Source: Anaeramoeba ignava BMAN
Lineage: Eukaryota; Protista; Anaeramoebae
NCBI GenBank assembly: GCA_028826165.1
Contig: JAPDFW010000057.1
Location: forward strand, 372,001 to 436,000
Direction of reading: 5' to 3'
Length of the DNA: 64,000 bases
A program made the position numbers and the translations under genes. Of the stretch, positions 36,435 to 48,493 are shown piece after piece (the first letter of the stretch is position 1; each line of letters begins with the position of its first letter). The notes beneath the pieces are model-generated. The model did no database searches. It saw nothing but the letters and a program-made list of their open reading frames with translations, and had not been told where the DNA came from.

Positions 36435-38443
36435 TTAATTTAGATTTAGATTTTGATTTTGTTTTTGATTTAAATTTAAATGATGTTCTGAAATTTGTTG
36501 AATTAAAACAAGAACTTTTGATAATGTACTTTCTACTTGAATTTGACCAGGAATAAATCTCATATTAGTTGTGATATTTTCCATATTTAAAACATGAAAA
36601 AAAGAATTTTTATAACTATCAATTATAGCAAACGAAAAAAACAAATGAAAATCTTCAGAAATAGAATTTGCAAAAAAAGCTTCCCATAATCTATATATAT
36701 CATTAGGATCTGAAAACACTCTTATAAACAAAATAAGAATCCATTCAATACAAAAGAAAAAATGTTTTGCATCAACACTTGAAAGAATTTTCTTATAATT
36801 TTCATAATCAAAGAATTTTAAAATTGTTCTAATTTTTCTCAAATCATTAATTCGAAATTTGTCTGAAAGAATAAAATATTTTCCAAATTTATCCATTAAT
36901 CCTTTAAAACACCAAAAAGTATCAACTTCATTTTCCATTAAATTTAAAATAAATAGTAGTATTTCACTCATTCCTTGTCCATATCCAAGATCATAATTAT
37001 AAAAACTATAACTAATTAAAATTCTTTTCATTATTTCCTTTGCTTTTGCTTTTTTTTCTTCATTATAATCAAATTTTTCAAAATTTGAACGAAGAACATC
37101 AAATTCAATTAAACTCTTCCTTTTGTTAAACATATCAAAATTTTTAAGTTGTTCATTTTCCATGTTTATCCATTGATTTAAGATTTGATTATATTGCTTC
37201 CTTAAAAAGAATAAAAAAAATTCTTCTGTTTTAAATTTTGTTTCTTTTCAAATTTTTTTGGAAATTAATTTGATTTACTCTTTTTCTTCATAAATGTGAA
37301 GTCTTTCAATCAATGTGGAATCTAAAGGAAAATATCCTAATAAAAATTTCCAAATTTCTTTCCTAATTTCTTTATTTATTCCCTAAAAAAAATTTATTTA
37401 TTTTTTTATTATTATTTATTTTTTGGATTAAATTTTTACATGAAGAAAAACAATTTCAAGAAATTGATCTGGATCTTTTATTTGTCCTTTTGAATTAAAA
37501 AATTTCTGCCATTTTTCTAAACTTAATCTTTCTTTTTTAATTTCAAGTTTTTTTTTTGGAAAATTAATAGATTCTACAATTGAATTGAAAATTTCATCAT
37601 CTTCCTTTTCTTCATTTTTTACTTCATTTAATAAGGATTAAATTTGGATTTAAAAAAATTTGAATTAAAATGAATTTGATTTTTTGAAAGAATTGATATT
37701 AAAATTTACTATTAGATTCCTTTTTCTTTTGAAAAATAAATATAATTTTAATTTTAATTTTAATTTTAATTTTAATTTTAATTTTAAATTAAATACAGAA
37801 TCAGGAATTTGTTTTTGGATTTGAATATTTTGCACTTTTTCATTAATAAAAATATATCCCGATTTTTTGGTATTTCTATTTTTGTTTTTTTCAATTTTTT
37901 TAATTTTTTAAATTTGATTTGATTTGATTTGATTTAATACTTTTTGCTGTATTGATAATAACTTTCAATTGCTAATAAAAACCCTTCAATTCTTCCCTTT
38001 TCAAAAAATAAATGATGTTTTGTGTTTTGAATTTTAAGTTCAGTAAATGGAGATTTATTTTGAGGAGAATCAATAAATATAGAAGAAATATTTTGTAAAG
38101 GAATTTCAAAAGAATTTTGATAACCTCGATTTTTCAATAAATCATTTGGAATTTGCCCAAAAGTTTCTTTTTTATCTTTATTAAAAAATAAGAGAAATTT
38201 TGAGAAATTGAATTTTTGTTTTTGATTTTGTTTTTCATTTTCATTTTCTTTTTCATTTTCAACTTCAATTTCGATTTGGTTTTCAATTTGATTTTCATTT
38301 TCATTTTCATTTTTATTTTCATTCCAATTTAAAATAACTTCTTCATTATTTCCTTGAGTTGATAAATAAAGAGTTCCATTATAAATTATATTTTTAAAAC
38401 GATATGAAACTTCTTGTTCAATAAATAATAATTTTCTATTCAT
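36435..38443 (-). CDS. TBC-domain RabGAP (TBC1D15/17, Gyp7-like)
   Basis: Exons 38443-37941, 37875-37797, a 10-16 nt mini-exon ending 37710, 37621-37440, 37382-37279, 37200-36435. Motifs GINKEIRKEIWKFLLGYFP, IEFDVLR (R finger), GYGQGMSE (Q finger), DTFWCF, RLWE. Confidence 0.87.
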
Positions 38444-38563
38444 TTTTTAAAATTAAAATTGAAAATAAAATTTTTTTGTTTTTTAAAAAAAAAATAAAAG
38501 GAAAAAAATGAAAAAAATTATTTTCTTACAAATTTTAATCAAAACAAAAAAAAAATTTTATTT

Positions 38564-41500
38564 TCAAACTCTTTTTTTAATGTTTTCAATTAAATATCTT
38601 GATTCATCAATTAAAATTTCATTTAAAGGACATAAACCAATTATAATCAATTTTTTGGTGAATTTTCCAGCAAAAAAATCATTTTTAATTTGCATTTTAA
38701 AAAGAAATTTTTGGAAATAAAATTTTTGGAAATATTTCTGAATTTCTAATTGAGAATAATTAAGAACAGATTCTCTGAATTCGGAAGCAGTTTGATTAAA
38801 AAGAACCTGAGCAGTTTCATTAAAAATAACACACCAACGAGTATCAGAGCAATCATGAACAGCGGCGGTTAGCATAAATCTATAACTACATTTTGAATAA
38901 ATTTGGTTGCATTTGGGACAATACCATTTCCCTTCTTTTTTAATTGCTTTCTTATTGCAATTCTTATTGATACAAGATGGATATATAATCCTTTCCAAAT
39001 TTGTGTTGATTATATGTGTTATAACTCCAGAAATTATAAATGTTTCTGATTCCGTTATTTTCCCTAATTTATGATCCCTAATTTCAGATAGTAGCAATCT
39101 TTTATGATCAAACCAATCATAATCCACTCCTGAAATTGGTTCTTTTCCGTTTTGATTATTATTGTATTCCTTCCAAAATTCAATTAGATTTTGTGTTTCT
39201 TGACAATTCGGATTCCAAAATATTTGCGATATTTCGTTGATGTTAATATATTTTCCATTAAAATCTCCAATCATTGCTCCTTTTATTGCAATAATATTTA
39301 GAATATCATTTTGTTCATTTTTTTGAATAAATTCTTCAATTTTCTCTGCTGCTGTACTCCATAGTCTAATCTCAATTTTGGATGTTTGATCGATAATTAG
39401 TCCTTTTCTTTTTATGACTTCTTTTCCATCCTTTGTGGCTATTCTTTCCAAATCACCCAAATCAAATAGAATACCAATAGAATCAAATAATGAAAATCTA
39501 TTTAATTTTTTGATTTCTGAGATTTGAATAAAATTGAATTGGATGTTTGGAATTGAACCATCATCTCCACATTTTTCAACTATTGTTTGGGTTGTAAACG
39601 AAATTTCAAAAAGAATATTTGAATTTATTAACAAAGGATTTGATTTCATAAACTTCCCATTTTTGATATAATAAACAGATCCAATTTGAAGAACTGGATA
39701 AAATTTATCAATCATTTCATTAAACATTATTGCTTTTATTTCAGATTTTTCTTGATCAAGCAAAGTTATTGAAAATATTCTTCCTGATCTTGCTAAATTA
39801 TTTGAATAATTTTGAATATCTGTTTTCATGGTAACTCTTGCTTTGATTAGAAATTTTGTTTCAATAGGATTAATACTTTTAAAAGGTAATATTTTTAATT
39901 TTTTGAATCTGTTTAAATTTCTATTTCGTTTTTGCTTATAGAAACGGTTGTAGTGAGGAATATAAGTGCTGATACTATTCTTAGAAGCACTTTGTTGATA
40001 TTTTAAAAGATTGATTTTTTTTCCTTGACTATTTCCATTGGAGTTATCTTTTCCGTTTTGATTATTATTGTATTCCTTCCAAAATTCAATTAGATTTTGT
40101 GTTTCTTGGCAATTCGGATTCCAAAATATTTGTGATATTTCGTTGATGTTAATATATTTTCCATTAAAATCTCCAATCATCGCTTCTTTTATTGCAATAA
40201 TATTTAGAATATCATTTTGTTCATTTTTTTGAATAAATTCTTCAATTTTCTCTGCTGCTGTACTCCATAGTCTAATCTCAATTTTGGATGTTTGATCGAT
40301 AATTAGTCCTTTTCTTTTTATGATTTTTTTTCCATCTCTTGTTTCTATTCTTTCCAAATCACCCAAATCAATTAGAATACCAATAGAATCAAATAGTGAA
40401 AATCTATTTAATTTTTTGATTTCTGAGATTTGAATAAATTTGAATTGGATGTTTGGAATTGAACCATCATCTCCACATTTTTCAACTATTGTTTGGGGTT
40501 TAAATACGATTTCAAAAGGTATTTTGGGTTTTTGCGAGTATATTTTTGTTTTCAAATCCAAGTTTTTGATATAATAAACAGAACCAATTTGAAGAACTGG
40601 ATCAAATTTATCAATCATTTCATTAAACATTATTGCTTTTATTTCAGATTTTTCTTGATCAAGCAGAGTTATTGATCTCATTTTTTTTATGTTTTCTGTA
40701 TTAGTTGTGTAATATTGAATATCTTTCTTCATGATCACTCTTGTTTTGGTGATGAAATTTTGGTTGAAAATACTAAGATTTCTAAAAAGTGTAAAATGAG
40801 AAAATGGGTCTATTTTTGGTTGTTTTTCTTTTTCTTTTTCTTTTTCTTGATTTAATTGTTGATGTCTCCATTTAATTAAGATAGTTAAATTGTTTTGGTT
40901 TTCATCATCTTTTTCTGAAAAATTCAAAGATCTCACAGCTGAATGTCTGTTGTAATTTCTATGTTGATATCTTAAGTAATTTGATTTTGGTTTTTGACTG
41001 AAAAAAAAGTATGGATTTTGATTTTGATTTAAATTTATATTTTGATTTTGATTGATATTTGGATTTTGATTTAAATTGATATTTGGATTTTGATTTAAAT
41101 TTATATTTGGATTTTGATTTAAATTTATATTTGGATTTTGATTTAAATTTATATTTGGATTTTGATTTAAATTGATATTTGGGTTTAAATTGATATTTGG
41201 ATTTGGATTTAAACTTAAATTTGGATTTTTATTTGGACTTTGATTTAAATTGATATTTGGATTTATATTTTGATTTAAATTGATATTTGGATTATTTTGG
41301 CTTGAAAATAAATTATTTGGATTTATATTTTGATTTAAATTTGGGTTTTGATTTAAATTGATATTTGGATTTAAATTGATATTTGGATTTATATTTGGAT
41401 TTAAATTGATATTTGGATTTTTATTTGGACTTAAGAATAAATTATTTGGATTTTGATTTAAATTTAAATTTGGACTTGAAAATAAATTATTTGGGTTTGG

Positions 41501-43316
41501 ATTTAAATTTGGATTTTTATTTGGACTTAAGAATAAATTATTTGGGTTTTGATTTAAATTGATATTTGGATTTTGATTTAAATTTATATTTGGATTTTGA
41601 TTTAAATTTATATTTGGATTTTGATTTAAATTTATATTTGGATTTTGATTTAAATTGATATTTGGGTTTAAATTGATATTTGGATTTGGATTTAAGTTTA
41701 AATTTGGATTTGAAAATAAATTATTTGGATTTGGATTTAAATTGATATTTGGATTTTTATTTTGATTTAAATTTATATTTGGATTATTTTGGCTTGAGAA
41801 TAAATTATTTGGATTTTGATTTAAATTGATATTTGGACTTTTATTTGGACTTAAGAATAAATTATTTGGATTTTGATTTAAATTTATATTTGGATTTATA
41901 TTTTGATTTAAATTGATATTTGGGTTTTGATTTAAATTTATATTTGGATTTTTATTTGGACTTAAGAATAAATTATTTGGGTTTGGATTTAAATTGATAT
42001 TTGGGTTTTGATTTAAATTTAAATTTGGATTTTTATTTGGACTTAAAAATAAATTATTTGGATTTGGATTTAAATTTAAATTTGGATTTAAATTTGGATT
42101 TGAAAATAAATTATTTGGATTTTGATTTAAATTGATATTTGGATTTTTATTTGGACTTAAGAATAAATTATTTGGATTTTGATTTAAATTTAAATTTGGG
42201 TTTTGATTTAAATTGATATTTGGATTTAAATTGATATTTGGATTTAAATTGATATTTGGATTTGGATTTAAATTGATATTTTGACTTGAAAATAAATTAT
42301 TTGGATTTATATTTTGATTTAAATTGATATTTTGATTTATATTTTGATTTAAATTTAAATTTGGGTTTTGATTTAAATTGATATTTGGATTTAAATTGAT
42401 ATTTGGGTTTTGATTTAAATTTAAATTTGGATTTGAAAATAAATTATTTGGATTTGGATTTAAATTGATATTTGGATTTATATTTTGATTTAAATTGATA
42501 TTTGGGTTTTGATTTAAATTGATATTTGGATTTTTATTTGGACTTAAGAATAAATTATTTGGGTTTTGATTTAAATTTGTATTTGGGTTTTGATTTAAAT
42601 TTGTATTTGGGTTTGGATTTAAATTGATATTTGGACTTTTATTTGGACTTGAGAATAAATTATTTGGGTTTTGATTGCGATTTAAATTTGTATCTGAACT
42701 TGAGATCGATAATGAATTTGGGCTTGAAAATAAATTAATTGGAGTTGATAATAAATTTGGATTTAAATTCAATAATAATTTTGATTTTTCATTTTCATTT
42801 TGATTTTGATTTTCATTTTGATTTTGATTTTCATTTTGATTTTGATTTTCATTTTGATTTTGATTTTGATTTTGATTTTCATTTTGATTTTCATTTTGAT
42901 TTTCATTTTGATTTTCATTTTGATTTTCATTTTCATTTTCATTTTGATTTTCATTTTGATTTTCATTTTCATTTTCATTTTGATTTTGGAGTTTATCATA
43001 ATCTAAAATTTCCATAAATCTAAATACAAAAGAAAAAGAAAAAGCAAAAGTTTGATTTAGTTTTTTATTTTGAATTGAAATTTGTTTAAAATTTAATTTT
43101 AAACTTATACTCTTTTGATTTATCATAATAAATCCTTATTTTTTCACCTTCTAAAACATTTTTTAAAAAAATATTTTGAATTTCTTCTGAAACTAAAGCA
43201 TCAGTTATTGCATCATCTTCTTGAACATTAATTATAAGTCCAAAATTAGAAATAAAACGAAAATTTGAAACAAAACATATTGATTCAAGAATTAAATTTG
43301 AAAAATCCAAATTCAT
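38564..43316 (-). CDS. RPA1: Replication protein A 70-kDa subunit-like, with duplicated DBD-A/B and a long N/P-rich linker
   Basis: Exon 1 43316-43111, intron 43110-43020, exon 2 43019-38564. Two copies of [59 protein letters not shown]; DBD-C zinc finger [24 protein letters not shown]. Confidence 0.88.
41010..42990 (-). repeat. Coding low-complexity repeat (NINLNQNP / NNLFLSPNK / NQNE)
   Basis: Uninterrupted in-frame tandem repeats within the RPA70-like ORF. Confidence 0.9.
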
Positions 43317-43684
43317 AATTGAAAAAATTTGATTAAAAAAAATCCAAAAAAAAAATGAAAGAAAAAAAATGAAAAAATAAAAAGGAGAAAAAAATAAAAA
43401 AAAAAAGGAGAAAAAAAAAATAAATTAGTAATTTTTATTTTAAACTTACTAAGTAAAACGTAAATAAAAAGAAATTATTTTTTTAATTAAATTTTTTTTA
43501 ATAAACTTTTAATTAAATTTTTTATTTAGATTACGTCATAGAACGAATTTCTTTTTTAATTTTTAATTTCTTTTTTTTAAATTTAAAAGAATTTTTTATT
43601 TTTTATTTTTTTTTTCATTTTTTTCTTTTAATTCTTTTTATTTTCCTTTTTTTTATTATTATTATTATTTAAAAATTTAAAAAC

Positions 43685-45967
43685 ATGATTTATCAACAAT
43701 TAAATAATTCAATTCAACAGAAAAAACGAATACCTTCTATAAATCAAATTTTAAGAGGTGAAAGATCCAAAAAACGGAAATCAGATTTACTTCAACAAGA
43801 AATTACACAACTTCAAAATGATACCAATAATTTATCAAACCAAATTGATAAAAAAGCGATTGAAAATGTTACACTCAAAGTAAATATCGCTAAAACTTGA
43901 AAAAAATAATAAATTTAAAATATTAAATAATTTTAAAATATTAAATCAATTTTAAAAAAATAATAAATAAATTTAAAATAATAAATCAATATAAAATATT
44001 AAATCAATTTAAAATAATAAATCAATTTAAAATAATAAATCAATATAAAATAATAAATCAATTTAAAATAATAAATCAATATAAAATAATAAATCAATTT
44101 AAAATATTAAATCAATTTAAAATAATAAATCAATTTAAAATAATAAATCAATTTAAAATATTAAATCAATTTAAAATATTAAATCAATTTAAAATCAATT
44201 TAAAATAATAAATAAATTTAAAATATTAAATCAATTTAAAATATTAAATCAATATAAAATATTAAATCAATATAAAATATTAAATCAATTTAAAATATTA
44301 AATCAATTTAAAATAATAAATAAATTTAAAATATTAAATCAATTTTAAAATATTAAATCAATATAAAATAATTAAATCAATTTAAAATAATAAATCAATT
44401 TAAAATAATAAATCAATTTAAAATATTAAATCAATTTAAAATATTAAATAATTTTAAAATATTAAATCAATTTAAAATCAATTTAAAATATTAAATCAAT
44501 TAAAAAATATTAAATCAATTTTAAAAATAATAATTTTAAAATATTAAATCAATATAAAATATTAAATAAATTTAAAATATTAAATCAATATAAAATAATA
44601 AATAAATTTAAAATAATAAATCAATTTAAAATATTAAATCAATTTAAAATATTAAATCAATTTAAAATAATAAATCAATTTAAAATAATAAATCAATATA
44701 AAAATAATAAATCAATATAAAATAATAAATCAATATAAAATATTAAATCAATATAAAATAATAAATCATTTTAAAATAATAAATCAATATAAAATATTAA
44801 ATAAATTTAAAATATTAAATCAATTTTAAAATATTAAATCAATTTAAAATAATAAATCAATATAAAATAATAAATCAATTTAAAAATATTAAATCAATTT
44901 AAAAATATTAAATAAATTTAAAATATTAAATCAATTTAAAATAATAAATTTAAAATAATAAATCAATTTAAAATATTAAATAATTTTAAAATAATAAATC
45001 AATATAAAATATTAAATCAATATAAAATATTAAATCAATATAAAATAATAAATCAATATAAAATATTAAATCAATATAAAATATTAAATCAATTTAAAAT
45101 ATTAAATCAATTTAAAATATTAAATCAATTTAAAATAATAAATCAATATAAAATAATAAATCAATTTAAAATATTAAATCAATTTAAAATATTAAATCAA
45201 TTTAAAATATTAAATCAATTTAAAATATTAAATCAATTTAAAATAATTGGAAATAAAATATTAAATTGAAAATATTTTTTTTTTAATAGGACCAAATCAA
45301 AATTTTAAACGCACAACTTAAGAGACAAAACAATCTTAACCAAATCAAACGAACAAGAACACTAAAAAAATTAGCAAATTTAGATCACGAAACAAAAATG
45401 AATGTTTTAGAAAGAATTAGAAAATTAACCAAAGAGAAAGAAAACGAATTAAACAACGGAAATGAATCAAACCCAAATCCATTATCACCCGAATTATTAG
45501 TATGCTTTGTAGTATTTGCAATGATGACACAGAATAGCAACATGAAGCTTACAATTGAAAAAGGCAAAAACTCAAAAATTTCTGAAGAAGATGAACTAGA
45601 AGAATTTTCCGAATCAATTGAATCAATCAAATCAACCTGGCACTCAAAAATCATTGACCACAAATACCCAGAAAAACTTTTCAAAGAATACAAAAATTTT
45701 GTTGGAAATCAAGGAAGAATGCAAGTTAATAATCAACAACAAGAGACACAAGCCACCGATTCAACAAAGAAGGATTTATCCAAAACTGTTTTGATTCCTA
45801 GCTGTCAAAAATGCTGTCAAAAATGCTGTCAAGATCCATTATTTATTGATGTAAAACAATGTACTAACATTGAAAATACAGATTTATTCAAATTCCAAGA
45901 GACTGGGAAGAATAGAACTCGAAAAAAAGAATCAAATTCAATTGAATCTGAAGACCAAAAGGATTAG
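43685..45967 (+). CDS. Divergent bZIP-like coiled-coil protein
   Basis: Exons 43685-43879 and 45290-45967 joined in frame by intron 43880-45289; basic NQILRGERSKKRK followed by heptad leucines ...LQNDTNNL...ENVTLKDQIKIL. Confidence 0.6.
43880..45289 (+). repeat. 1.4-kb intron of an 18-bp (TAAATCAATTTAAAATAT)n repeat
   Basis: Regular 18-mer tandem between the GT and AG splice sites. Confidence 0.9.
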
Positions 45968-46327
45968 TTATAATCCTTTTTCTTATTTCACTGATGAATG
46001 ATATTCATCCAGAAACTTTCTTTATTTCTTTCAAGAAAGTTTTTCTTTTTTTAACCAAATTAACTTCGAATTTGGCTTTCTTTTTTTCTTCTTCTTTTTT
46101 TTGATTTGGATTCATTAATTCATTTTTTTAAATTGATTGATTGGTTGATTGATTGATTAATATCATCGTCAGATGATAAGATTCTTCTTTTTCTTCATTG
46201 ATTTCTCTTTCTTTTTTTTGATTTTTTTTGGTTCTTTTCTTTTCTTCTCTTTTCTTTAAAATAAAAAACAAAACAAAAAACTAAATTTCATTTTTCATTT
46301 CATTTCAAAATAATTAAAATATTTAAA

Positions 46328-48046
46328 ATGTTTGAAGAAGATCAAGAGAATGAAAGAGATGAAATTAAATATAACGAAATTTGCTTTTTTGGTTCAAATA
46401 CTTTTTCTTTTTTTCCAAAATCAAATAATATCGCAATTCCTTCTTTATTGCATCCTACAAATCAATTCCCAATTAAACAAATTTCTTCAGGAGATGTTGT
46501 TGCTATTTTGCTTTTTGAAAATGGGGAAATGAAGCTTCATTCAAATGGATTACACGATTACCAAATTTCCAAAATGAAAAATATCCAAAAAGTATCTGTT
46601 AGTGGAAATGCTGCTATTTTAACTTTTGATGGAAATGTTTTTGTTGAAGGAAGATTTCTTGACTCTCAATTCCAAATGAAATTTATCAATATTTCTTCAT
46701 TAATTGAAGATAAAAATGATAGAATAATTAAAGATGTTGTTTGCGGAAGATTTTCAATTTACTTATTAACTTCAAATCATAATGTTTATGGATTTGGTTC
46801 TAATAATTATGGCCAACTTGGTTTTGATTCCTTTCATCAAACAGATAAACCAATTTTAATGATGAAAAATGTTTCTAAAATATTTTCAGGAAATTCTTCA
46901 AATTCTGTTTTTCTTTTGAATTCAAATCAAGAATTATTTGGATGCGGCGTTAACCATTTTAGTCAACTCGGATTAGAAAATTTATTTAGGCAAAATCAAA
47001 TCAAAGAATTAACTCAAATCCAAAATATTCCAAAAGGCAAGATAATTGATATTCAATGTGGAGAAACTCATTCAATAATGCTTATTGTAAATGATGAAAA
47101 AAGAAAACTTTATTCATGTGGAAATTGGCAATATAATGGACTTGGCAAAAATAAAGACACTTGCATATTTACTGAAATTAAATCATCTTTATTTGAAAAT
47201 GATAATATTCTTGACATTTCTTGTGGAAAATACCATACTTTGATTTTAACATCGAATCACAATCTTATAGGATTTGGAGCTAATTTATTTGGTCAATTAG
47301 GAACTGAAGATACAAATATCCAAACAACTCCTACTCAACTGAAAATCCCAGAATTATCCTTTAGTATCTTCAATTATCATGTTTCTTGTGGTGATTATTC
47401 TTCTTTTCTTTATTCCCCTTTTCTTTCTAATCTTGAAAAAGATTTGATAAAATTATTTGAAAGAAAAGAATTTTATGATATTTCATTTAAAACCATAAAT
47501 GGAGAAATAATTGAAGCTCATAAATTAATATTGAAATATAGATTAAAAGATGAAAATCAAATTGAAAAACTTCAACAAATTATTTCAAATAAATCAACTA
47601 AAGAATCAAATCAAATATTTGAAATGATTTATTCAAACAGAATAATAAATCGAGAATTATATTCTGAAATTAAAGAAATTATACAACAAGAAAAAATTGA
47701 AGAAACAATGAAAAGAATTTATTTAAATGAAAATGAAAAAGATTTTATAATTGAAAGAAAAGAAAAACAATATAAATTTCCTAAATTAATATTAATAATG
47801 AGAAGTGAATTATATCGAGGAATGTTTTTATCTGTAACAGAAGATAAATCTAATAAAGTTACAGATTATAGTGAATTAAGTAATAAATCATTTCAAATAT
47901 TTGAATATTGGATTTATTTAAATCAAATCAAAGAAGAAATTCAAATTACACAAGAAATAATTGAAGAATTAGAAATTGGAATTGATTATTTTCAATTAAA
48001 TCAAACAAATCCAAATTTATTTGATTTATTAAAAGAGAGAATTTAA
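46328..48046 (+). CDS. RCC1-repeat + tandem BTB protein (copy 2)
   Basis: RCC1 blades GSNNYGQLG, IQCGETHS, ISCGKYHTLIL, GANLFGQLG; C-terminal AHKLILKYRL and FPKLILIMRSELYRGMF. Confidence 0.92.
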   Translation: MFEEDQENERDEIKYNEICFFGSNTFSFFPKSNNIAIPSLLHPTNQFPIKQISSGDVVAILLFENGEMKLHSNGLHDYQISKMKNIQKVSVSGNAAILTFDGNVFVEGRFLDSQFQMKFINISSLIEDKNDRIIKDVVCGRFSIYLLTSNHNVYGFGSNNYGQLGFDSFHQTDKPILMMKNVSKIFSGNSSNSVFLLNSNQELFGCGVNHFSQLGLENLFRQNQIKELTQIQNIPKGKIIDIQCGETHSIMLIVNDEKRKLYSCGNWQYNGLGKNKDTCIFTEIKSSLFENDNILDISCGKYHTLILTSNHNLIGFGANLFGQLGTEDTNIQTTPTQLKIPELSFSIFNYHVSCGDYSSFLYSPFLSNLEKDLIKLFERKEFYDISFKTINGEIIEAHKLILKYRLKDENQIEKLQQIISNKSTKESNQIFEMIYSNRIINRELYSEIKEIIQQEKIEETMKRIYLNENEKDFIIERKEKQYKFPKLILIMRSELYRGMFLSVTEDKSNKVTDYSELSNKSFQIFEYWIYLNQIKEEIQITQEIIEELEIGIDYFQLNQTNPNLFDLLKERI

Positions 48047-48059
48047 TCAAAATCAATAA

Positions 48060-48395
48060 AAAAAATGAGAATTGATTTAATATTTAATTTATAAATTAAT
48101 TTAAAAATTTAATTTATTATTTAATTTTATGTTTAAAATAATAATTTAATGTTTTAAATTTAAATATTTTATTATTTAAATATTTAACATATAAATATAA
48201 AAAATGGAAATAGATTTAATTTAATATTTAATTTATAATTTAATTTAAAAATATAATTTAATATTTAATTCCATGTTTAAAATAATAATTTAATTTTTTA
48301 GATTTAAATATTTTATTATTTAAATATTTAACATATAAATATAAAAAATAAGAATAGATTTAATTTAATATTTAATTTATAAATTAATTTAAAAT
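48060..48395. repeat. Short array (~2.3 copies) of the same ~144-bp unit as 27490-28470
   Basis: Shares TATTTAACATATAAATATAAAAA..GATTTAATTTAATATTTAATTTATAAATTAATTTAAAA. Confidence 0.8.
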
Positions 48396-48493
48396 TAAAA
48401 TCAAAATTAAAATTAAAATTAAAATTAAAATTTAAATTAAAAAAGTTCCAAAAATACTTTTTTCATTTTTTTCATTTTTTTCTTTTTTCAAAA

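Noticed and set aside
43020-43126. ORF-track start of the 1520-aa RPA protein at 43126
   Set aside because: Most of that N-terminus reads through a GT-AG intron (43110-43020); the ATG at 43316 with an upstream TCATTT motif gives a better model.
38564-43316. Intein or Hint insertion explaining the oversized RPA70
   Set aside because: The extra length is low-complexity repeat plus an OB-fold duplication; no C...HN-C/S/T intein motifs or LAGLIDADG signature seen.
45968-46260. Purine-rich minus-strand stretch resembling coding sequence
   Set aside because: No sustained open frame or recognisable motif; treated as UTR/intergenic.
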